64,000 bases of DNA, taken from contig CAVTQK010000017.1 in assembly GCA_963736855.1 (NCBI GenBank), positions 163,604 through 227,603 of the forward strand. Direction: 5' to 3'. The first letter of the stretch is position 1; the number at the start of each line of letters is the position of its first letter. Under the pieces are notes generated by a model. The model was not told where the DNA came from, made no database searches, and worked only from the letters and a program-made list of their open reading frames with translations. Positions 41,532 through 52,072 of this stretch are shown one piece after another. Both the position numbers and the translations under genes were made by a program. The DNA comes from an uncultured delta proteobacterium (GTDB lineage: Bacteria > Desulfobacterota > Desulfobacteria > Desulfobacterales > UBA2156).

Positions 41532-41684
41532 GATGGCTTCGTAAAAAGTCCATATGCTGCGTTGCACTGCATCCCTCGTCATTGCGGCGTACCCATATGT
41601 ACGCCTCACTCCTCAGGACTTGTGCGCCTTGCATCTGAAGCTTTTTACTTTGCCATCCTAATTTTGAGTTTTTACGATTTCATC
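41532..41684 (-). mobile_element. MITE-like element, core type A (copy A2)
   Basis: Reverse complement of 6032-6184 with 6 mismatches in 153 nt by manual alignment. Confidence 0.8.
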
Positions 41685-41861
41685 AACCCCGTTGTTACAA
41701 AAAACATATGACAATGTGTAAAAAAATAATGATAACAGGGCATTGGCAATTCATAATCAATTGTTAAGTCGGCGGTTATCCCCGACACCTGCTCCTGATC
41801 CCCGACACCTGATTAATACATATAGGCCGGAATGACAAGTCGAATTTTCTCGCAAACAGTT

Positions 41862-41904
41862 AAAACAAAATCCCCCTTTCCGGGCAACCCGAAAAGGGGG
41901 ATTT
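41862..41904 (-). terminator. Intrinsic terminator of the CoA-transferase operon
   Basis: AAATCCCCCTTT...AAAGGGGGATTT hairpin with a minus-strand U tract. Confidence 0.75.
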
Positions 41905-41937
41905 GAGAGAGGGTTTATGGTTATGAATTGATGACGG

Positions 41938-42360
41938 CTACCCTATATAGTCCAGGGTAAAATCCAGTTTCATCTTGCTATCCGGCCACCATTTCTTGCT
42001 CATGACTTCTTTGCCGGGGTAGACGTCTTTACCGTCAATCTTCTCAATAAGCAGATCGGCAAACATAAATGCTGTAAGCTTGTGTTTTTTTATTGTATCA
42101 GGCGGAATCAGAACAGCAATACCGGTCTCCTTGGAGCATTCCCATTCAAAAGGCTCATTGGGAGCTGCGAATTCCTTGCCGGTTTTGCCGCTGTAAAGCT
42201 TGAGCAGCTTGCCGGAAACTTTCATCCCCGGCTTCATCTTAAACTCCTCATACAGCGCATCGGATATATGCCACCAGATGGCTCTCATATTCAAATTGAT
42301 ATATCCTTTGACGAGCATGGGGTCAAAGCCGCAGATACCCACGCGACATTTTTCAGGCAT
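41938..42360 (-). CDS. Hypothetical protein (possible duplicated AbrB-like beta fold)
   Basis: GGAGG RBS and tight operon spacing; the fold call is only a pattern impression. Confidence 0.7.
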   Translation of the reverse strand: MPEKCRVGICGFDPMLVKGYINLNMRAIWWHISDALYEEFKMKPGMKVSGKLLKLYSGKTGKEFAAPNEPFEWECSKETGIAVLIPPDTIKKHKLTAFMFADLLIEKIDGKDVYPGKEVMSKKWWPDSKMKLDFTLDYIG

Positions 42361-42361
42361 A

Positions 42362-42652
42362 TCAAACCTCCTTTTTACTTTCGTTGGTCTCCACTTTACT
42401 CAACTGGTCGCGAAGATCTTCAACCTGGGTGAAGCAATAATCCATGAACTCTTTGGCTTCGGGCTGACTGAGATGTTCCGTCTCTAATAGCCTGGTGACA
42501 TAGGGATACATATGCTGCTGGATTTCTTCAGTAAATTCCAGCAACACATAATCATTATCCCCGTCAGGGGATGCCCAACTTAAGAAACCTCTTTTCCAGT
42601 TGTTCAGCATCCCCTTGAGAGAGTCGAGTTCCTTGATTACATTTTCTTCCAT
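42362..42652 (-). CDS. Small acidic helical hypothetical protein
   Basis: ORF MEENVIKELD..., spaced 1 nt from both neighbours. Confidence 0.7.
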   Translation of the reverse strand: MEENVIKELDSLKGMLNNWKRGFLSWASPDGDNDYVLLEFTEEIQQHMYPYVTRLLETEHLSQPEAKEFMDYCFTQVEDLRDQLSKVETNESKKEV

Positions 42653-42653
42653 G

Positions 42654-42887
42654 CTATTTCTTTTTCCGGTCTTCGAAGGCATAGCATTTCTTGACCACGT
42701 TGAAGTCAGCGACGCACCAGTAATGGGGCCAGTGGATCTTCTTGCACCAGCCGATAATGTCTGCGGGCGGAAACTTGGAGCCCTTGAGAACCGGCTTCAA
42801 GCCGGTGCAATTCCAGCATATATGGTCACTCGATTTTTCCGGAACCAATATGTTATCCAGAAATTCTTCAGGTGTTAATTCGGCCAT
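42654..42887 (-). CDS. Small Cys-rich putative [4Fe-4S] protein (BssB/BssC- or HiPIP-like spacing)
   Basis: Cx2C-x20-C-x19-C with GWC and CYAF; AGGAG RBS. Confidence 0.6.
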   Translation of the reverse strand: MAELTPEEFLDNILVPEKSSDHICWNCTGLKPVLKGSKFPPADIIGWCKKIHWPHYWCVADFNVVKKCYAFEDRKKK

Positions 42888-42906
42888 GTGACACTCCTTT
42901 CTCTAG

Positions 42907-43392
42907 TTACCAGTCCTTTACTTCACCCTTGGCAAGTTTTTTCTGATACTCTTCCCAGACCTCGGGCGACAGTTTCTGGATATCCCAGCTGAAACCGAAG
43001 CTCCCTGCCAAACCGGCAGACTTCGGTTGCGGACGCCACCCGCGCACCGGCCGTCCCCGAATGCTGAACTTGACCATGTCGGCGGTACCCGTCAACCATG
43101 ACCTCGGTTTGCACTCGTACGGCCGGGTTCGGCCCTCGACACCGGGTCTGTAGTTGGAGTAGCCGTCAAAAGGCTTGTCGGCATACAGCGGCCGGGTATC
43201 CGGCTTCTCACCGTGTTTTTCCTCGGGCCCCTTGTACATAAACCCGTTAATCATGTGGATGTAATACACCGTACCGCACTCGGCACAAGCGATCGTGCCT
43301 TCCCAATTCCAGAAATAGTATGGGTCGAGGTAGTTGATGGTGTCACAATCTTTTCCATCCTTTTTCTTTTTGCACCAAATGATATCACACAC
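42907..43392 (-). CDS. Hypothetical zinc-ribbon protein
   Basis: WC...C and CAECG knuckles; strong AGGAGGTGG RBS. Confidence 0.7.
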   Translation of the reverse strand: MCDIIWCKKKKDGKDCDTINYLDPYYFWNWEGTIACAECGTVYYIHMINGFMYKGPEEKHGEKPDTRPLYADKPFDGYSNYRPGVEGRTRPYECKPRSWLTGTADMVKFSIRGRPVRGWRPQPKSAGLAGSFGFSWDIQKLSPEVWEEYQKKLAKGEVKDW

Positions 43393-43409
43393 TGTACCAC
43401 CTCCTTTTA

Positions 43410-44825
43410 TTATATCAAGGCCTTGTCATACCACGCTTGGATCTTGGAAAGCGGGATGCCGAGCATGTCATGGTAGATCTTCTTGTTGTCGGCACCCACC
43501 GGACGCCAGTGCCAGTTGATTCGGCGCGGGGTCTTTTCCATATGGCCGCAGCTGTATCCGGCATGGAGCAGCATGTCGCCGAACAGGGGATCGTCCAGCC
43601 AGCGGACCGTGCCTCTTTCGCGGTAATGCGGGCTCTCGTAGACCTCCCGGTCGTTTCGAACCGGTTCGGCCAGAAGACCGGCATCCTGGAGGATTTTGGC
43701 GGCCTGGGAGCGGGATTTGTCCGCGGCCCATTTTTCCAGGGCGGCGTAGATTTCCACCTGGGCTTCGCCTTCGCAGCGTTGATTGCGGGATTTATACTTC
43801 TCATAAAGGTTCTTCATGCCGGTAATGGCGCACAGTTCCTTGAAGTCCGCGTCCTGGAAGGCGCTGACCATGACATAGCGGGCACAGAACTTATCCTGCG
43901 GATTGTCGGCATCCGGAAAATCGGACTTGCCGCACAGGATGATGCCGTGCGCCGCCAGTTGGGTGTCCCAGTTGCCCCAGCGCTGGCGGACGATACCGAA
44001 CTTGCCGTACATGGTGGTCGTGTATCCGAGCAGCCGGGTCGGAGTCTGTACCTGTGACATTTCCAGCATGGTGCCCAGCCCGGTCTTTCGGCGCCAGTAG
44101 ATGGCCGCCATGATACCGGAGGTAATCAGGTTTCCGGATTCCCAGTCAATGACCCAGTTGGTGTGCTTGGTGGCATGGCCGCCCATGTACTCGTGCATGC
44201 CGGTTATGGAGGCCAGTCCGGCGTGGGCCTGGCCCAGGATGTCGTAAGAGCCGCCGAAAATCTTCGGCCCATAGCCGAAACCGCCGCCCCATACATAGAT
44301 GAACCGGGGGTTGATTTCGCTGAGATACCGGTAGCTCATCTTCCACTTATCCAGGGTTCCCGGCCGGTAGAGCTCGGTCAGGCCGTCGAATTTCTTCACG
44401 AGGCCGTAAAAGACCTCCACCATCTCGGGGATGTGGTAGTCCATGGTGAGAAAATACTTGTTGGGGTTGGCGTTTGTGTAGCCCAGCCCGGTCCCGGTCA
44501 TGGGGCGGGTGTCGTGAAGCGGATACAGGTAGCACTCATTGAACGGGGAGGTGTGCCGCATGGCATCCCCCATCCTCGGCATCTCGATCTTGACGACCTC
44601 GGCTCCCAGTTCGGCCAGGTTGGCCACGGAGTGGGGCGTGTAGATATACATGGTGCAGCTCAGCCACTTGATCCCCTTGAGTGCATTGGGTTTGGTGTGT
44701 TCATTGCCCACATCGAAGATTTTCTTGCAGTATTCCTCGTAGGGCATCTTCATCTCTTCCAGCTCTTCCTTGCTCTTGGGGCCTGGCAGGTCTTCTATGC
44801 GTGTTACTCTTGGGTCTTTTGCCAT
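43410..44825 (-). CDS. Class III (CaiB/BaiF) CoA-transferase, subunit B
   Basis: [32 protein letters not shown]; Asp in VIDWESG. Confidence 0.88.
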   Translation of the reverse strand: MAKDPRVTRIEDLPGPKSKEELEEMKMPYEEYCKKIFDVGNEHTKPNALKGIKWLSCTMYIYTPHSVANLAELGAEVVKIEMPRMGDAMRHTSPFNECYLYPLHDTRPMTGTGLGYTNANPNKYFLTMDYHIPEMVEVFYGLVKKFDGLTELYRPGTLDKWKMSYRYLSEINPRFIYVWGGGFGYGPKIFGGSYDILGQAHAGLASITGMHEYMGGHATKHTNWVIDWESGNLITSGIMAAIYWRRKTGLGTMLEMSQVQTPTRLLGYTTTMYGKFGIVRQRWGNWDTQLAAHGIILCGKSDFPDADNPQDKFCARYVMVSAFQDADFKELCAITGMKNLYEKYKSRNQRCEGEAQVEIYAALEKWAADKSRSQAAKILQDAGLLAEPVRNDREVYESPHYRERGTVRWLDDPLFGDMLLHAGYSCGHMEKTPRRINWHWRPVGADNKKIYHDMLGIPLSKIQAWYDKALI

Positions 44826-46312
44826 TATATCACCCCCTTTTGTTTTAGCTCATTCACCTTGTTCTGGCCCATCCCGGTCCATTTCAGGTAAATTTCATAG
44901 TTGTCATACCCCAAATCTCTTCCCATCCACTTGCACCTGAACGGCGTGCGGACCTGATAGGACAGCCCGGCTGATGCGATCAACAGCGGACCGTAATCGG
45001 TCTCCTGCACATAGATCCAGGGACGGTACTTGAAGTGCGGGAATTCACAGACCTCGTCGATGTACAGTACAGGACCTGCCGCAAGCTGATACTGGAGCAA
45101 CTTGGTTTCAGCTTCAACCCTGTTCTGGTCTCTGAGCCACCGGGTGGTAAGAGAATAGGTCTTGATCAGGGCGTGCAGTGCATTCCTGGCTCCAACCTCC
45201 TTGAGGAAGGGATCTTCGTGGATCAGCCGGCCGAACTGGTGGTCATCGCGCTCAAAGCAAAAGCCGATGTTGTACCAGAGCTTGTCGGTCTGGCCGCCGA
45301 TCATCATATAGCCGTCCTTGCAAGGGTTCCAGGCATACTGGTTCAGGTTGGGGTCCCAGCCGCCGGAGCGGCCCTTGATGCTGGCATTGAAACCGTACCA
45401 GGTGATATCGAAGTCGATGATATCCAGCACCGTTTCCGCGCCAGTGCATTCGATCATCTGGCCGGTACCGCCGAGTTCATCTCGCCAATACAGGGCCGCA
45501 AGGGCGTTAATGAATCCCTGTGTACCGGCGACATAGTCGGCCAGCCAGATACCCGAGCGGGTCGGGTCGCCGCCCTTGCCCCTGGGGAGGAGGTCCTGGG
45601 CCAAACCGGTGTTGTGGACCCAGGAGTTGGCACAACTGGCAAAGGGCTCCAGCTCCCACTGACCGAACTTGGACTGCTTGTCCTTCCAGGGGCCCCATTG
45701 ACCCATCATGCCGATCCAGACGTAAACCATCCTGGGGTTGGCTGCCTTGAGCTGCCGGTATCCGATGCCCAGGTTATCCATGTATCCGGGGGGCATGCCG
45801 TCGATCAACACATCGACATTGGCCGCCATTTTCTTGAAAATCTCCTGGCCGTCTTCGGTCTCGACATCCAGGGTCACGCAGTGCGTGTTCACCGTCTCGT
45901 TGACAAACTCCATGCCGCACTTTTCGCCGGTGTTCTGATTCTGCAGCAGGTACTCTTCGCGGCCGAAGGGCGTCAGCTTCCTCAAGGGATCGCCGCTGGG
46001 CGGTTCGATGGAAACGCACTCCGCTCCGGCTTCGCCGAACAAAGAGGTACAAAACTTGTGACCCAATCGCCAGAGGCCGATATCCAGCACCCTGACTCCT
46101 GCCAACGCCTCATCTTTGCCGTATCTTTTTTCGAATCTTAAGTTGTCCTCGGCCCAGTTACAGAATTCCAGCGCCTTCCGTTTTTCATACACCACTTTTG
46201 CCTGCTCATAGGATGGCGGCGGCGTAACCGGGTAAGGTCTGACATCCTTTAGATCCATGAGACCTATAGTGTCGGCCCGGCTTTTTATTTCAATATCTCG
46301 TTTTTCTGCCAT
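44825..46312 (-). CDS. Class III (CaiB/BaiF) CoA-transferase, subunit A
   Basis: [31 protein letters not shown] and CKDG. Confidence 0.88.
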   Translation of the reverse strand: MAEKRDIEIKSRADTIGLMDLKDVRPYPVTPPPSYEQAKVVYEKRKALEFCNWAEDNLRFEKRYGKDEALAGVRVLDIGLWRLGHKFCTSLFGEAGAECVSIEPPSGDPLRKLTPFGREEYLLQNQNTGEKCGMEFVNETVNTHCVTLDVETEDGQEIFKKMAANVDVLIDGMPPGYMDNLGIGYRQLKAANPRMVYVWIGMMGQWGPWKDKQSKFGQWELEPFASCANSWVHNTGLAQDLLPRGKGGDPTRSGIWLADYVAGTQGFINALAALYWRDELGGTGQMIECTGAETVLDIIDFDITWYGFNASIKGRSGGWDPNLNQYAWNPCKDGYMMIGGQTDKLWYNIGFCFERDDHQFGRLIHEDPFLKEVGARNALHALIKTYSLTTRWLRDQNRVEAETKLLQYQLAAGPVLYIDEVCEFPHFKYRPWIYVQETDYGPLLIASAGLSYQVRTPFRCKWMGRDLGYDNYEIYLKWTGMGQNKVNELKQKGVI

Positions 46313-46632
46313 GTCTTACCTCCAAAAATGGTTAGAATTCCACTCAAGAACTAATCCAGAGTCATTCTCAGTATTAGAGGAACGGCAATAATTCCTCCTA
46401 ACCGGCACTTATCACCTCCCTTCCCGTTGAAATTCGGCGTCCGACAGCAATGAAAAAACGACCTTTGTGTGGCGACGGATTAGGGTCGCGTATGTAGCCG
46501 AGCCGATGTTTTTTAAACGTCTTATTCGGTCTTTTTTCCTTCCGCTGAGTGCAGAAGGCGAAAAAATTACACATCACCTCCTTTGGGTAGTTCAATGAAA
46601 AAATGAAATATTAAGCGAATTATTGTATGGTG

Positions 46633-46705
46633 ATTGAATTATATTCAGTGAATTCAACATTTGGATTGGGTTATCCATAAAATCAATAATTGAATCTGAT
46701 TCAGT
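46633..46705. promoter_or_regulatory. Two palindromic operator-like sites ATTGAATnnnATTCAGT
   Basis: Copies at 46633-46649 and 46689-46705 in the divergent promoter region. Confidence 0.55.
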
Positions 46706-47269
46706 ATGGAATTTGTCTAAAATTGTTTCAAAATTTTGTCAAGAGTAAAAAATGAATTTTATTTAAAAAATCTTGGAGATTCTTTTAGTGTGACTTTTTT
46801 TCGGTTCATCCGATCGATGTGTATTTTGCATGATGGAGTGCGAATATTTTGAGTTTGAATTTGCGTTCACCCAAAAGGAAACCGGATTGTCCACTTTTTT
46901 TCAAACGTAAGAGTACGTTAAAATCGGATAAACCTGTTTCTGTTTTTTTACCTTGCAATTTATTTACAGATATTTTATATAAAAGCGTTTAATTGCTTTT
47001 CAAAACGATATTTAATCCGTTTTCATCCGGCTGCAAGGCCCATGAAAAATTTTCAATCGGTTCCGACATTTTTTTTGAAAGGAGGTGAGCTTTAAGAAAA
47101 TTGGCCGGAGCGGAAGCTCTCACGTCTGTCGGCTTGAATTTAGCAACGATCGATGTCAGGCATTTTAAACTAAAACCTGCAGACGGTAAAAGGGATATAT
47201 CCCCGGCTGTTGAGAAATAGACATGTTGCATGAATTAGCTAACAATTAAAATTAGGGGAGGTTTTTGTT

Positions 47270-48916
47270 ATGGGAAAAATACCGGAAAATTATCTGCCAC
47301 CAAAAGAATTATGGCCCGAATACATAGTACCGGCTGAGTTTAAGGATCTTCCCGATAAGATGAATCTAGCCGACGTTCTGCTCGACCGCCATGTTCGCGA
47401 AGGCCGGGGGAACAACGCCGCCATCAAGTTTATGGATCAGACCGTCTCCTATGCCAAGCTCCAGGAGATGGTGAACAAGTTCGGCAACAGCCTCAAGAAA
47501 GCCGGCGTTGAAGCCCAGGATCGTGTCGGCATCCGCCTCGTAAACTCCATCCCGGCTCTGGTCGCCGTTTTTGCCATCGAGAAAATCGGTGCCATTCCGG
47601 TGCCCACTTCTCCGCTGTGGTCCGGTGAAGAAGTGGCGTTTGTGGCCAACAATGCCGAAATGAAGTTTTTCATTGTCAATGCTCCGCTGATGCCTCCGGT
47701 GGAGCAGGCCAAACCCAAATTTCAATTCGGGACCAAAGTCATCACCATCGGCGGCAAGGCCGACGAGGTTAAGGCCGCCGGCAATATGGTCTATGAAGAG
47801 ATGCTCGCGGCCGGTTCCGACAAGCTGGAAGCCACCATGCTCAAGGGAACCGACATCGGCATCATGCTGTACACCTCCGGCACCACCGGCATGCCCAAGG
47901 GCTGCGTGCATTTTGTAAAGCCGGTGGTTATCGAAACCAAGCTGGTCAACCAGCATGTTTACAAAATGAAACCCGGAGATGTACTGGGCGGGGCCGCTCC
48001 GGTTTCTTTTGCCGCAGGGTTCGGCACCTTTACCTTGATGCCTTTTGAAGGTGGTGCAGCCATTTCTCTGATTCCCAAGTTCGCACCGCCGGACATGCTG
48101 GACCTGATTCAGAAGCATAAAATTACCATACTCACCGGACTTCCCACCGCCTACCGGGCATTGATGAAGTTCCCCAAATTCAAGGACTATAACGTCAGCT
48201 CCATCCGCATGTATACTTCCGGCGGTGATGCCCTGGGTGCCGAAACTCTGGAAGGCTGGCAAAAATTGACCGGAAAGCCCATCTGGGAAGGCCTGGGCGG
48301 CACGGAGATGCTCCACCTGGTCACATCCAACACCATGAATCCCAAACCCGTGCCCAATTCCATCGGCAGGGCACTTCCCGGCGTGGAGTGCAAGGTTGTG
48401 GATACGGACTGGAAGGAAGTCAAGAGGGGTGATGTCGGCAGCATGATCCTCAAGGGCCCTTCGGGGAGCCTGTACTGGAAGCCGTATGTTGACAACGAAC
48501 GCCTCATCAAGTCCCAGAAAAAGGGCGTGGTCAAGGGATGGAACCAGATGGGTGATGCGGTTTACATGAAAGAAGACGGCAACATCTTCTTTGTCTCCCG
48601 CGAGGATGACATGATCAAGAGTTCCGGCTACCGCATCGGGCCTGCCGAGGTGGAAGAAGCCATCGAAAAGCACCCGGGTGTTGCAGAGGCCGCCGTTATC
48701 GGCATTCCTGATCCGGATAAGGGCCAGATCACCAAGGCCTTCGTGGTGCTGAAACCAGGCGTTGTGGGCAATGATGAGTTCTTTGAAAAACTCAAGGAGT
48801 TCTTGAAGGAGCATATTGCCATCTACAAACTCCCCAGAGAAATTGAGTTCAAGGATTCTCTGCCGCGCACACCCACCGGCAAGCTCCTGCGTCGGCACCT
48901 GCGCCCGCCCAAATAA
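47270..48916 (+). CDS. Acyl/aryl-CoA ligase (benzoate/2-aminobenzoate-CoA ligase-like)
   Basis: YTSGTTGMPKG, GLGGTE, GD, SREDDMIK, GYRIGPAEVE and LPRTPTGK. Confidence 0.9.
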   Translation: MGKIPENYLPPKELWPEYIVPAEFKDLPDKMNLADVLLDRHVREGRGNNAAIKFMDQTVSYAKLQEMVNKFGNSLKKAGVEAQDRVGIRLVNSIPALVAVFAIEKIGAIPVPTSPLWSGEEVAFVANNAEMKFFIVNAPLMPPVEQAKPKFQFGTKVITIGGKADEVKAAGNMVYEEMLAAGSDKLEATMLKGTDIGIMLYTSGTTGMPKGCVHFVKPVVIETKLVNQHVYKMKPGDVLGGAAPVSFAAGFGTFTLMPFEGGAAISLIPKFAPPDMLDLIQKHKITILTGLPTAYRALMKFPKFKDYNVSSIRMYTSGGDALGAETLEGWQKLTGKPIWEGLGGTEMLHLVTSNTMNPKPVPNSIGRALPGVECKVVDTDWKEVKRGDVGSMILKGPSGSLYWKPYVDNERLIKSQKKGVVKGWNQMGDAVYMKEDGNIFFVSREDDMIKSSGYRIGPAEVEEAIEKHPGVAEAAVIGIPDPDKGQITKAFVVLKPGVVGNDEFFEKLKEFLKEHIAIYKLPREIEFKDSLPRTPTGKLLRRHLRPPK

Positions 48917-48947
48917 AGCGCACCTGTTAGACGCATTAAAGCGCATG

Positions 48948-48983
48948 ATCCCCCCACCTCTCCCGGGGTGGGGGGATTTTTTT
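48948..48983 (+). terminator. Intrinsic terminator
   Basis: ATCCCCCCACC...GGTGGGGGGAT hairpin followed by a T run. Confidence 0.75.
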
Positions 48984-49127
48984 ATCCGTTTAAATCCCAT
49001 AAAGCCGAAATGGTATAGTCCGCCCCAACTGAAAGGCACCGGATGATTGACACCTCATTAACGGTTCTTTATGATGAACTGTTCTCGGATCCTGCCCAAA
49101 CTTGCCGAAAAGAGAGCATTTTTAAGA

Positions 49128-52072
49128 ATGGACCGCCGCACCTTTCTCAAAATCGCCGCCATGGGGAGCCTGTCCTTTGCCGCCGGCTGTTCTTCGCAAC
49201 CCGACAAGACCCTTTTTTCGCTGGCGCAGGCCCCCGATGACATGGTGACCGGCCGAGGCACCTGGTTTGCCTCCACGTGCCGGGAGTGCCCGGCAGGCTG
49301 CGGGATCGTGGCCAAGAACCGGGAAGGACGGGCCATCAAGCTCGAGGGGAATCCCCTGCATCCCATCAACCTGGGAAGGCTCTGTATGCGGGGACAAGCC
49401 GCCCTCCAGGGGGTGTACAATCCGGATCGGCTCTCCAAACCCCTGATCAAGGAAAACGGCCGTTTGACGCCGATCTCCTATGAAAAAGCCCTTTCCATCA
49501 TCCGGGACAAGGGCTCCGACGCGGCCAGAAAAGGACAGGGGCGGGTGGCGGTGTTCACGGAAATGGTCGGTCCGACTCTTTTATCCCTTTTCAAGGCGCT
49601 CCTTGCGCAGTGGCGGTCCGAAAACCCCACCATATTTGAACCCTTTGCCTATGAATCTCTGAAACTGGCCAATTCCCAGGTTTTCGGGGTCGAAGGGCTT
49701 GCTTCATACCGCATGGAACAGGCCGATCTCCTGGTCTCTTTCGGCGCGGATTTTTTAGAAACCTGGCTTTCGCCGGTGGAGTATGCCCGTCGGTTCCGGC
49801 AGATGCGCGCTTTCGGATCGGGGGGAAAAGGGGTTTACCTCAATGTGGGCCCTTATGCCGGATTGACCGCCGCCAATGCAGACCGTTTCATGGTCTGTCG
49901 TTGCGGAGGAGAGGCCTTTGTGGCGTTCGGACTGATTCGTGAAGTGCTTGAAAAAAGATCCGACTCTTCGGTGTCAGGAGATTTAGTGGAACCGCTGAAA
50001 CGTATCCTGGATCCCTTTGATCGGGAAGAAGTGCTGAAATTGTCGGGAATCCGCCAATCCCATTACGATATTCTAAAAGAGCGTGTTTTGTCCGCCCGGA
50101 GGCCCTTGATTCTTGGCACCCAGGGGGCCGGCGCCGGGGAAAACACCCCGGCAACGGATGTGGCTTCCTGCCTTCTCAATGCCCTTTTGGACCCGGATTT
50201 GACGTTGATCGATTTTTCAAACCGACACACCGTGGAACGGGCGGCTAAAAGATCCGACGTTCTGAACCGCTTCAAAAGCGTAACGGACGGACAGGTCGAT
50301 TTGCTTTTGCTCAACAACATCGATCCGGTCTTTTCGATTCCTCACAATACCGGGTTCCGGAAAACCCTTGGGCAGGATTCCCCTTTTGTGGTGTGTTTTT
50401 CTGCTTTCATGAGCGAAACCGCCGCACTTTCGGACCTGATCGTTCCCATCGCCCATCCCCTGGAAAGCTGGGATGCCTATGAAGGCAAGTCGCACGTATG
50501 GTCCATTTTGCAACCGGTGATGGGGAACCTGGTCGGAACGTACACCCTGGGGGATGTTCTCGTCCGGCTTGCTTTCAAGGGTGAAACCGCACAACAAGGA
50601 TATCGGGGTTATTTGGCTCAAGACCTGATCCGCCAAGGCATGATCAAGGATGAAAAGGACTGGATCAAGACCGTTCAACAAGGGGGGGCATTCGACGGCC
50701 TTTCTTCAGAAGGCGATCCCTCCCCGAAGGTTCAACCCTCCTGGTCATGGGCAGGAACCCTGTCTTCGGCTATCGATCCGGGTGCATCCGGAACTATTTT
50801 TGCCGCCGTGCCTTCCATCCGACTTTTCGACGGTCGCGGTTCCAACAAGACATGGCTCAATGAAGCGCCGGAGCCGATGACCCAGGTGGCCTGGCAGACA
50901 CCGGTCCTCATGGATTCCCAGAGTGCCGCTAAAAACAACATCCGACAGGGAGATGTCCTCAAGATCGCTTCGACTTGGGGGAACTGGAGGCACCGGTTTA
51001 TTTGAGCGAATTCCTGCATCCGGACCTTTTGGTCATGGCGGTGGGGCAGGGACATGCCGCTTATGGCCGTTATGCAAAGGGGTTCGGCATCAATGTGGCA
51101 GGCATCCTTCCTCCGGATACCCACCCGGTTTGCGGAGGACCTTTGTATCGAGTGGCCCCGATATCCTTAACCCCTACCGGACGGCGGTTGAAGCTGGCAA
51201 GCACCGACGGGAGCCGGGTCCAGCATCACCGAAAGATCGCCCTGACCGTGCCGTTGAATGCTCTTCATGAGCACCAGGAGAAAGGACATCATGGCCTGGG
51301 AATGTGGGATTTCCCCCTCACCCTCCCCCTGCCGGAAGGTTATGATCCCAAACGCGATTTCTACCCGCCCCATGATCACGATGGATACCGCTGGGCCATG
51401 GCCATCGATCTGGACCGGTGCATCGGGTGCGGCGCCTGCGCCGTGGCTTGTTATGCCGAAAATAACATCGGTGTGGTGGGGGAAAAACGGATTTTGCAGG
51501 GTCGGGAAATGGCCTGGCTCAGGATCGAGAGATACATTGACGAGGCCGATCCGACGCGGGTGATTTTTTTGCCCATGCTCTGTCAACACTGCGACAACGC
51601 ACCGTGCGAATCGGTCTGCCCGGTTTACGCATCCCATCACTCCAGGGAAGGTTTGAATAATCAGATCTACAACCGGTGCATCGGCACCCGGTTTTGCTCT
51701 CAAAACTGCCCGTACAAGGTGCGTCGGTTCAACTGGTTCGACTGGGAGTGGCCGGCACCGCTCAATTTCCAGCTTAACCCCGATGTCACGGTCCGCAGCA
51801 AGGGGGTCATGGAGAAATGTTCCTTTTGTATTCAGCGGATCAAGGCGGCTCACGGAAAGGCCAAGGACGAGGGCCGAATGATTCAAGACGGCGAAGTGAT
51901 CCCCGCCTGCGCCCAGACATGTCCTACCGATGCCTTTGTTTTTGGAAATCTCATGGACAAAACCAGCCGGATCCGGAAGCTCGTGGCCGATCCCAGGGCC
52001 TACCAGGTCATGGGTTACCTGAACACCAAACCCGCAGTGATTTATCTCAAAAAGGTGATCCGGGATGTCTGA
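49128..52072 (+). CDS. actB: Alternative complex III subunit ActB (molybdopterin-oxidoreductase-like + Fe-S domain), frameshifted near 50980
   Basis: Tat signal DRRTFLK, CRECPAGC...C, and DmsB-like Cys motifs (CIGCGAC, CQHCDNAPC, CIGTRFC, KCSFC). One extra G in a G5 run joins the frames. Confidence 0.85.

Noticed and set aside
41506..41634. N-terminal extension MQGAQVLRSEAY... of the MBL protein, and small ORFs at 5990-6329
   Set aside because: These are translations of the type A repeat, not protein sequence.
41938..46312. Fumarate-addition (bss/bbs) toluene pathway
   Set aside because: No glycyl-radical enzyme, activase or bbs beta-oxidation genes in the window.
47366..49039. Long antisense ORFs (also 45035-46141, 52047-53693, 61043-62500)
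   Set aside because: Shadows of codon-biased genes on the opposite strand; no motifs of their own.
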